Source: Macrostomum lignano
Lineage: Eukaryota
Assembly: GCA_002269645.1 (NCBI GenBank)
Contig: NIVC01000362.1
Location: forward strand, 434,001 to 498,000
Length of the DNA: 64,000 nucleotides
Direction: 5' to 3'
The position numbers and the translations under genes were made by a program. Below the pieces are notes generated by a model that was not told the DNA's origin, made no database searches, and worked only from the letters and a program-made list of their open reading frames with translations. Position 1 is the first letter of the stretch. Each line of letters opens with the position of its first letter. Below, one piece after another: positions 12,187 to 20,887 of the stretch.

Positions 12187-12312
12187 CCAGTCCGCCAACC
12201 GCAACCCTGAAAGCCATTGCCGTTTGCTCACTTTGAATTTGACACTCTACTTTGCTATTAGTTACACTTTTGTGCTATTGTTGCCTTGAAATTATTGATT
12301 GAATTCTTGTTA

Positions 12313-14340
12313 ATGACCACACCTGTCCGAGATTTACGTTCCGGACCAGTTTTTCAAAGCTCAAATATTAACAGACCCCCTGAACAAAATTTAGAAACTT
12401 CTGACCGCCAAATAGGTGAACAGCTCCCACGAAATAGTTCACCAGTACCTAACCTGTTTATACCAGATAACGTTGAGTTTAATAACCCTCTCGCGGATCA
12501 TTTTGAACACAACCGTGCACACTCACCAGCACCCAGTTCCATCCTAACAGACGCGGACGAAACAGTTCAACAAGCCCCAAACGATATTGCTGAAGAATCT
12601 ACTCTAGATATGGCTGATCAGGACGGCGCTCCCCATGTTGATGCTGCTGCGACAAATGCTGTCCGTGAACTTACTGATGTTATGAACCGCAGTCTGCAAT
12701 TGCAATCAAACCATCCCGTCTCAGCTACTGCTCTTGCTGAAATTCGTCAATCCCTGAAAGGAATCGACCAAATGCATGACTTCCGTTCCTTCACTGAAGA
12801 GTTCGACTTGATCACACGCTCCTTTGGACTATCGGAGAACGCAAAGATTCGGCTCTTCCCGCGACTACTGAATGACCTTCTTAAACTCGAATATAGTCGC
12901 CTCTCTGCCGCAGTCCAAGCCTCTTATCCAGCCACCATTGAGGCACTGTCTCAACGCCTTCGGGAAGTAACCATTGGCTCGGCTCTAACGCTGCATAATG
13001 CAACAACCCGGAAACAACAGTACGGCGAACCGTTCCTGTCTTATTTCACCGACATTCGTCGAAAGCTCAGGTCAGCTATGCCGGAAATACCGGAAGAATT
13101 TCCGGAAGGTGCCGGTCCGGAAACACCACCCGCGAACCAAGCTGTCATCGACCAGCGCAACCGAGACTTCCTTGCTACCCTGATGGCTACGACTATCAAC
13201 AATGCTCTACCCTACATCAAACGAGAACTCTTGAAGCAAAATATCACCACGGAAAGTACGCTAATCAACAAGGCCATCCGCGCCGAACAAATCCGCGACT
13301 CCACCATGGACTCTGATGGCACTGACTTGAAAGCTCTCACAGAGCGTCTAACTACCTTAGAAAAAACGACGAAGGAAGCCAATCAGCAGGTGGTTGCCTC
13401 CCTGCAAACACAAACCAAGCCACCTATCGCTAATATGCAACAGAAGCCCACTTGTTATCATTGCGGTCGACCTGGACACTATGCCGCCGACTGTCGTCGA
13501 AGGAATGACCAACAACCTCGTCCCTTCCGACCTAACTCAAGTGATCGAAGGAACACAGCCCAATACGGCTCTGATGCCCCGCGAAATCGTTACCAGCAGG
13601 GACCGCCACGATTGACCTGTAACTATTGCCGAAAACCAGGACACTCTATTAACCAGTGCCGACTACGAGCCCAACGTACACAAGGCTACGGTCCACCGGC
13701 GACACAACAATCACGATTTCCACCCCGTCAAGACTATGGAAACCGGCCTCAGCAACGCTATCCGCCTCGATACAACGGCGCCAACAATCAACGACAACCT
13801 CCGAGATTTGCGCAACAACAATATCCACCGATACGCGCCATCACTGCTCAGGACCCTGAAACGTCCCACCCAGGATGGAATCAACAGCCGCAGATTGGAT
13901 GGACGACTCACGACGCTCCCGAGTCTGCCCAACTGATGCACATTGCTACAGTTGATGAACGCCCACCGACTTTTGGAAACGAAATTCGCTACTCTGGAGA
14001 CGCTAAGCAGCTGAAATCCTTACTCAAAAAACCGACTACTGCTTCTGCGACTATCAACTCTATCCGCCTTTGTACGGTTGAAAGAATGACTGACACCTAC
14101 ACTCCACCGACCAGCAACAACAACCGCGAGAAAACCGTGAAAGCTTCCGTCGGAATTCGCCGATCACTACTGACACTTTTTCTCCTGTGCCTAGCAACTT
14201 CACTCTTCGCACTAGCCAACGCTACGCCGGTAACGACGTCAACCCACCATCGATTGAGAGACAATCTCACGAGGGCTTCATTGACACACCAATGGTCTGT
14301 CCGTACAACCAGATCCACGAATTTTCACGATACCACATGA
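12313..14340 (+). CDS. gag: Gag (capsid-like region and two CCHC zinc knuckles) running in frame into a signal peptide
   Basis: CYHCGRPGHYAADC (13453-13494) and CNYCRKPGHSINQC (13618-13659); MHR-like KQQYGEPFLSYF; C-terminal RR-SLLTLFLLCLATSLFALANA signal sequence. Confidence 0.92.
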   Translation: MTTPVRDLRSGPVFQSSNINRPPEQNLETSDRQIGEQLPRNSSPVPNLFIPDNVEFNNPLADHFEHNRAHSPAPSSILTDADETVQQAPNDIAEESTLDMADQDGAPHVDAAATNAVRELTDVMNRSLQLQSNHPVSATALAEIRQSLKGIDQMHDFRSFTEEFDLITRSFGLSENAKIRLFPRLLNDLLKLEYSRLSAAVQASYPATIEALSQRLREVTIGSALTLHNATTRKQQYGEPFLSYFTDIRRKLRSAMPEIPEEFPEGAGPETPPANQAVIDQRNRDFLATLMATTINNALPYIKRELLKQNITTESTLINKAIRAEQIRDSTMDSDGTDLKALTERLTTLEKTTKEANQQVVASLQTQTKPPIANMQQKPTCYHCGRPGHYAADCRRRNDQQPRPFRPNSSDRRNTAQYGSDAPRNRYQQGPPRLTCNYCRKPGHSINQCRLRAQRTQGYGPPATQQSRFPPRQDYGNRPQQRYPPRYNGANNQRQPPRFAQQQYPPIRAITAQDPETSHPGWNQQPQIGWTTHDAPESAQLMHIATVDERPPTFGNEIRYSGDAKQLKSLLKKPTTASATINSIRLCTVERMTDTYTPPTSNNNREKTVKASVGIRRSLLTLFLLCLATSLFALANATPVTTSTHHRLRDNLTRASLTHQWSVRTTRSTNFHDTT

Positions 14341-17020
14341 GATCCGTTGCGAACAGCTCAAACACCAAACAACGCCGACACTCCCGTTGAAACTGGAACT
14401 TTACACAACGAACGTAGAAACCAGTTCCCTGGTTATGACTGTCTGTTTCCGCGAAAAAATCACTATTAGATGTGATAAGGCGGTGATAAGAACCTGGACA
14501 TCCGCCCTGGTAGAGTTGGAACCGCAACCAGTCACTCAAGCTGATTGTGAAAACTGGGCACGAACAAAGCTATCGCCTGATGGACCATTAGTGTTAAAGA
14601 CTGCGTCAACTCAGTCTATCCAACGCCTGCAATCGACATTCAACACGCAAAATGCCGTGCGTTGCACTCCTGGTTCACATTCAGAACAAATAGTAACAAC
14701 AGTGATCACCGGAATCCCAGCCTACTCAACAGCAGATCAAAAAATGGAATCTTTGTCCTTCCCAATGGACAACTGCAAACTCGCCGACAAATTTTGTACA
14801 ATTAAAAAAACTGCACAAGAAATGCGAGCTTTCAACCTACCTTTGCCGATACTAACATCCCCCTGGGATCCTTTGGAAACTGAAGCAATCTACCAAATTG
14901 ACGTGAAAGGACCAAGACATCTAAATCTTATTTGGACACCTCCACCACTCGCTGATTGTCCTTTAAAACAATTTCGTACTCTTGAAGGCAACTTAAACTC
15001 CGGCTTGTTCTTAACTAATGATCAAACATTGGGACTAACCTTCAACCCAGTGCCGTCGACTCACACTCTCACCTGCACTGGCGTCCGTAAGACGTTGTAC
15101 CTTTCAACGCAAGGTCTATACGTAGACATCCTCGACAACAAAGAAGCAGAATTTCTCGCCACCTTACGAAGCCCATTAGAAGAAGCTACTCCAAAACCTC
15201 AAACTAGCGAAGAAACCACTTCTTCGAGACAAAAACGTCGTTCACCACCAGCGATACTACCAACGCCACCAACAATATTACCCGTTCAGCAATCGACGAC
15301 TCAACATCCTTTCACTACGACAACTCAGTCACGACAATTCCTACCGCCGCAACCTTTACGACAAGAGCGACCTGATCATCCACCGACGTCAAGCACTTCT
15401 ACAACAATGACGCCAACTACTACGATACTAACTACTACAAAATCAACACCAACAACTACAATTTTGACAACGACAACACCACCGACTACAATGACAACAC
15501 CACCAGCTACGACGACAATCCACCGACTACAACGACAACAATACCTACCACAACCGTAACACCGACAACTTCAACAACCACAACTGCTACAACCTCAGCA
15601 GCAACAACAACAGCAGGTCCAACTACGACGACAACAAAAGTGACGACACAACCTCGTACCACCACCACTTTACCGCCAACAACCTCAACCTCTAGCAGCA
15701 CAACCAGTGCACCAGCAAAGTCTGCAACCTCAACCTTCACGACAAACTCACCAGCGACAACAACAGATCCACAACTGGCTTCTATTCATACGAATCTAGC
15801 AGTTCCATATCACGAACCACAAGGTGGTCAACCGGATCTCCTACTACTACACGCAACAAGCGAAGCACAGATGACAAAACCATCGCAGCCCCTTCAGGCA
15901 ACTCTACTGCGCAACTTTCATCAACGTTCACATCCGCTGAACTTCTTGCTGGACAACTACAAGGAGCTGCTAGTAAAGCTCGAAAAGACCTTCTCCAAGT
16001 ACAGAGGCAGCTTGCAACACACTCAATGCATGATGTACGCAACTAGTCTCAAGTACAACCGACAGTTATACTACACACAACCAACGCTCGCTGCTCGACT
16101 CTTATTAAATGATCCTTTCTTGCGAGCTAGATCCATTGCTGGATATCTCTTCGTCTACCAGTGCAAACCTCTACATCAATTTCGCTTTGTCCAACCAAAG
16201 TATAAGACGAACCAATGCTTCACGCGTCCCCACTGGAATTCCGTCTACAAAATTATACTGTTCTTGGATTTTTGGACACAACGACTCGTATTGTCTCCAC
16301 AGCTACTCCAGCTCTAATCTCATGCGACGCCTTCCCGTACTACTACCTGCCTAAACAATCGATGCTATTCAAGACCACACTAAATTTTTCGAGGTTTGAA
16401 CCCACAACTGCTAATGTCAGATCCGATGAAAACTATCGGTTGTCCGATTTGCAAACTTCAGTCTCCGAAAGCATCTTCAAACCTATGGGAGATATCAATT
16501 ATACTTCACTTCGTAGTCCGATAACGGTGACCGACCTAATGCACCAGTTCATGCAAACTCGTGATTTCTGATTACGGTTTTCAAACTTCCGAATCGAACA
16601 CGACATAGAACAGCACATGCTGACAGTGCATTCCTGGACTCAAACTAGCTCTCCTCAACTATGGTCTTCGTCGATATTCAACTGGGATCGACTAGTCGCA
16701 AACTATCAAGAAAAGTTCGTATTAACAGCAGCTGTTATTGTCTACATTGCCGTTATTATCTTCGTGTGCAATCTTGGCCGACTCTGCGTGCCAGCACCAT
16801 CCGTTACGGCAGAACGCACACTATACAAGTGCTGCGGCAACAACGAACTCCAACTCGAGTGGAATCACGAAACGACTACTCCCAACAACAGCAACTGATA
16901 CCACCGAGACAAGCGCCAACACCCTCGGCACCCATCGAAACGATTGAACTTCGTGCCACCCTTCCGCCACCACGGAGACCACCGCCAGAACCTAAAGTTC
17001 CAAAATGGCCAGCAAACTAC
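14086..17020 (+). CDS. env: Envelope glycoprotein, class III fusogen-like (gB / rhabdovirus G-like). As sequenced it is split by five -1 frame slips and an in-frame TGA (16569-16571)
   Basis: Signal peptide with an A-N-A site ending at 14223. CFREKITIRCD...PVTQADC resembles the VSV-G CHASKWVTTCD...PSVEQC pattern. QPTLAARLLLNDPFLRARSIAGYLFVYQCKPL resembles herpes gB NPNAIAS...VSARMLGDVMAVSTCVPV. Furin site RQKRR at 15227-15241; TM FVLTAAVIVYIAVIIFVC at 16716-16769. Confidence 0.78.
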
Positions 17021-17418
17021 TCATACGCCTTTGTTTTGAAGCATCTAACAACAGCAACTATGATCAACCTGTGGTGCCGCAACGCACCGCATACTCGACA
17101 CAGATGCACCGCCCTCATTGACAGCGGCGCCTCGATCTCCTGCATCTCACCGGCATTCGCCAAGAAGCTTCGAGTACCACTACAAGACACCAACATGAAC
17201 GCCATTTGTGCGGGAGGACAACAACTAAACCTCAACAAAAAGGCCACTTTTGATCTCGAAATCGATGGACGCAACCACAAGATATCGGCCTTTGTGCTCG
17301 ACACCCCGACGCTGACTATGATTTACTCTTAGGAGTAGAAACCTTTAAGTCACTGGGAATACCACTACAATTCGACTACTCGAAAGCGACAGCTAAGCTT
17401 GGCAATGAGCAATTTGCG
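17021..17418 (+). CDS. pro: Retropepsin-type aspartic protease, split by a -1 slip near 17305
   Basis: ALIDSGAS (Asp at 17120) is in frame 2. The C-terminal DLLLG motif is in frame 1; restoring one C in ACCCC gives FVLDTPDADYDLLLGVETF. Confidence 0.88.
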
Positions 17419-20400
17419 ATGCTCAACTCCATCCAACAGTTGCAAGAAACCTCTGCGGTGATGCAAAACAAGCTAGAGTTACCACCACAGACAACGCACC
17501 AAGTCACGCTGAAACTCTCTTCTCGACATGAGCCAACGATTCCTGTCCTGTTCGTCCCTAAGGACCACACGATCCAGAAACACCAGTTGATGATACCAAC
17601 TTGCCTTGTTTCTGTCAACCCGGACGGACAAACTATCACTGTGGAAATTGCCAACCCGTCGCTGACAACGCAAACCTTGCATCCTCAACAAGTCATTGGA
17701 AATCTGGCTAACATGTCTGACTACAACATCGTACGACCAGCAGCTCAAATCAACAATCTACGCACGCTGCAGCAAGAAACACCAACGACTGACATGATCC
17801 GTACTCAACTCAAGCAAGCCAACCAGCACCTCTCAACCGAGCAGAGTGAACAATTAGTCACTCTAATGAACAAGTACCGCGACGTCTTGGCACTACTGCC
17901 AACCGACATGGGTTGCTCTACCCAATACACGGCTCACCTGCATCTACACCCACACTCTGAGCCAGTCACGTCCAGACCCTATCCAATCGCTCATGGACTA
18001 CAAGAACGGTTTGACGAACTTATCGAAAACTTCCGTCAAAAGGGAATCATCAGTCCGAGTGAATCTGAATACTCGAGTCCATGTCTTCTCGTGGAAAAGA
18101 AGACGCTCGACGCTCAAGGTCGCCGACAACTAAGACTCGTGACGGATTACCGAAAACTGAACAAGCTAATTCGTGCTCCTAGCATCCGACCTCCGAAGAT
18201 TCCGGATTTGCTACATCGATTGAAGAACGCTAAACTGTACACACTCTGTGACCTAGCAGATGCTTTCTACCAAGTTCGGATCGATCCAGAAAGCACAAAA
18301 TACACTGCGTTCATTGCACCCAACGGCCTACTTTGGGAATTCAATCGACTACCTCAAGGACTCAAGTCCAGTCCTAGCTTAATGTGCCGTCTTGTAGCAT
18401 TGTTAACAGCTGACTCTCCAAATCAGATTGCCTACTTGGATGACGTCATGCTCATCGCCGAAGACTTCACCGGCATGCTCAAAGAAATCGAACGCTTCTT
18501 CCAAAAGTTACGACATCATGGATTGCGAATTTCACTACGAAAATGCATCTTTGCTAAAACAGAGGTACAATATCTTGGATTTGTGGTTTCTGCTCAAGGC
18601 ATTAGACCCGCACCCAGCCTCATCGAGAAAATCAAGACCTTCCCTGTGCCTCAAACGGTAAAACAACTACAATCTTTCCTTGGACTTGCAAATTTCTACC
18701 GAACGCACATTGCTGGCTACTCACGAGTAGTACAACCACTTCTGAGTATTATCAAAAACACTTCAAAACCCAACAAATTCGTCTGGACAAACGCTGCGCA
18801 AACAGCCTTTGAAAAGCTGAAACAACTTCTCTCTACGGATATACTACTGGTTCATCCAAATCCGCGAAAACCGTACTTCCTTCACACTAATGCCTCGGAT
18901 ACCGCCATTGGAGCAGTACTCTCACAGCTAGACGACAGCAACCACCAACGCCCGGTTGCCTACATCTCTAAGACGTTAAGCTCAATTGAACAACGCTATC
19001 CACCGATCGAACGCGAAGCATACGCCATCTATTGGGCAATAAAGAAGCTACACGTGTTCCTCTACGCTTCTTATCAACAGTTCCACGTCTTCACTGATCA
19101 CCAGCCACTCAAGAGTCTATTCAGTGACAAGCAGCCAATTTCAAAACGACTTCAGAAGTGGATTCTAGCGCTACAAGATTACAACTTCACTCTCAACTAT
19201 GTGAAAGGCAAATCAAATGTAGTAGCGGACTGCCTTTCACGCATCCCCAAAGTCTGTCAGATACAATCGCTGTCAACATTCAAAGGACTGCAGGATGCCA
19301 TTGATCAAGACCCATTACTGTCAACAATCAAAGCACTTCTATCGGAAAAATCACCCACTCACGAGCTGTCCAAGAAAGACCAACAATATGTTCGCCGACA
19401 CCTGGCACGTTATTTCCTGGACGGAAACACTCTATACTTTGAAGATGACGAAGGACGAAGCCGCCTCGTGATACCAACACGCTACCGTGAAGCTCTTTTG
19501 ACAAGTAACCACTCGACAGCCCTTGGTGGTCATCTAGGTCACCAAAAGACAGCAGACAAAATCAGTCATTTCTACTACTGGCCTACACTACGGCAAGACG
19601 TCTTCAATTTCATTAACAACTGCGAAATCTGCCACAAAGCGAAAACAGCACCTCGACTGCGACCGCTGCACAAAGCCGTCAAATTCAACGAGGTTTTCTC
19701 TCATTTGGCTATCGACCTTGTAGGTCCACTGCCACCAGCTTCACACGGCCGCGACGTCTACAAGTACATACTCACAGCCCAATGCGGCGTTAGCAAATTC
19801 CTGTTCACAATCCCGCTAACTGAGACAACTTCTGCAACCATCTGCAACAGTCTCTTCAACCGCGTGTTCGCCTTCGCAGGACTACCAGCACACATCATCT
19901 CAGATAACGGACCCCAATTCATCTCGCAAGAATTTCGAGAGTTTATGGGTGCCCTTGGAATACACCTGATCTACACCTCGGTGTACCAACCATCCAGCAA
20001 CTTCGTCGAACGCGCACACAAGACACTGAAGCAAACTCTTACGGCCTTTGTCCATGACAAACCAGATCTCTGGATTGACTTCCTACCCGCGGTGACACTA
20101 GCAATCAATACCGCCACTCACTCAACGATGAACGAATCACCATTCTACTTGTTCTTCGCTCGAGACTTTCTGCCACCCAACGCACGGATCATGGAACACC
20201 AGACAACTGCATACATGGACGTTATTAAACCAGTCAATTTGACCTGTTCAGCTATTCTGCTTGCCAGAGAAGTCGCCAAGGAACTTCTGCACAACTCAGC
20301 TGAACAGCGCGCTGAAAACTCTGATAAGAAGACCAACAGCCGCTACATACGCCCGGGTGCACGATGCTATTTGGATGTCTCAGCAACGAAGGAGACAAAA

Positions 20401-20718
20401 TTCTCCAATCCTTATCGTGGCCCAATGCGTCTACTAGCATGGCTCTCCGATCAGAACGCACTGATTTCTGATGTCAACCGGCCAAGCGAACGACCAATCG
20501 TGGTACATGCCTCCAAGCTGAAACCATGGCCTGGAGATGGACTCAGCGCTGGACCTAGTCACCTACCTGAGTTCACAACTGATGACATTCAGGTCCACCA
20601 CAACCATCGGCCGCAATTGAGCAAGTCCATCGCGCTGCAAACCACGTCCACTGATGAGCCACCAGGTCAGCCACAGACGCACGGCTACAACCTAAGATCG
20701 AAGAACAAGAAGTCGTGA
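17419..20718 (+). CDS. pol: Pol: degenerate dUTPase-like spacer, reverse transcriptase, RNase H, integrase
   Basis: RT motifs YSSPCLLVEKK, RLVTDYRKLN, LPQGLK and YLDD (18433-18444). RNase H reads TNAS (normally TDAS) and FTDHQPL. Integrase has HHCC, D(LVGP), D(NGPQF), E(RAH) and a GPY/F-like NPYRGP. Confidence 0.97.
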   Translation: MLNSIQQLQETSAVMQNKLELPPQTTHQVTLKLSSRHEPTIPVLFVPKDHTIQKHQLMIPTCLVSVNPDGQTITVEIANPSLTTQTLHPQQVIGNLANMSDYNIVRPAAQINNLRTLQQETPTTDMIRTQLKQANQHLSTEQSEQLVTLMNKYRDVLALLPTDMGCSTQYTAHLHLHPHSEPVTSRPYPIAHGLQERFDELIENFRQKGIISPSESEYSSPCLLVEKKTLDAQGRRQLRLVTDYRKLNKLIRAPSIRPPKIPDLLHRLKNAKLYTLCDLADAFYQVRIDPESTKYTAFIAPNGLLWEFNRLPQGLKSSPSLMCRLVALLTADSPNQIAYLDDVMLIAEDFTGMLKEIERFFQKLRHHGLRISLRKCIFAKTEVQYLGFVVSAQGIRPAPSLIEKIKTFPVPQTVKQLQSFLGLANFYRTHIAGYSRVVQPLLSIIKNTSKPNKFVWTNAAQTAFEKLKQLLSTDILLVHPNPRKPYFLHTNASDTAIGAVLSQLDDSNHQRPVAYISKTLSSIEQRYPPIEREAYAIYWAIKKLHVFLYASYQQFHVFTDHQPLKSLFSDKQPISKRLQKWILALQDYNFTLNYVKGKSNVVADCLSRIPKVCQIQSLSTFKGLQDAIDQDPLLSTIKALLSEKSPTHELSKKDQQYVRRHLARYFLDGNTLYFEDDEGRSRLVIPTRYREALLTSNHSTALGGHLGHQKTADKISHFYYWPTLRQDVFNFINNCEICHKAKTAPRLRPLHKAVKFNEVFSHLAIDLVGPLPPASHGRDVYKYILTAQCGVSKFLFTIPLTETTSATICNSLFNRVFAFAGLPAHIISDNGPQFISQEFREFMGALGIHLIYTSVYQPSSNFVERAHKTLKQTLTAFVHDKPDLWIDFLPAVTLAINTATHSTMNESPFYLFFARDFLPPNARIMEHQTTAYMDVIKPVNLTCSAILLAREVAKELLHNSAEQRAENSDKKTNSRYIRPGARCYLDVSATKETKFSNPYRGPMRLLAWLSDQNALISDVNRPSERPIVVHASKLKPWPGDGLSAGPSHLPEFTTDDIQVHHNHRPQLSKSIALQTTSTDEPPGQPQTHGYNLRSKNKKS

Positions 20719-20761
20719 ATGATAAAAATCTTCTAAATTTCTTTTCTCCTTTCTTTTCCTT

Positions 20762-20823
20762 GACTGACAATATTGCTTTCTCTTCCTTTCTTTCTCTTCC
20801 TTTTTTCTTTCCTTCTTTTCTAG
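20762..20823 (+). promoter_or_regulatory. Strong 3' splice acceptor after pol (branch point, polypyrimidine tract, TAG)
   Basis: CTGAC at 20764-20768, a ~45-nt pyrimidine tract, then TAG at 20821-20823. A second acceptor, TTTACATTGCAG, ends at 20958. Confidence 0.6.
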
Positions 20824-20887
20824 CTTTTGCTCTCTCTCCCTGCATTGCGACTCTTTACGTGACTACGAGTATTGACGAACTGACACA

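Noticed and set aside
14060-17020. env as an intron spliced out to join gag and pro
   Set aside because: No convincing donor at the gag end or polypyrimidine acceptor before the protease was found. RNA data are needed to exclude it fully.
14240-17310. Programmed -1 ribosomal frameshifting as the explanation for all frame changes
   Set aside because: Six successive events are implausible, no X XXY YYZ heptamers were seen at the shift points, and one shift splits the protease fold.
13394-20461. Short minus-strand and alternate-frame ORFs overlapping gag, env and pol
   Set aside because: Shadow ORFs expected from codon bias. The exceptions are the plus-strand pieces used to rebuild env and PR.
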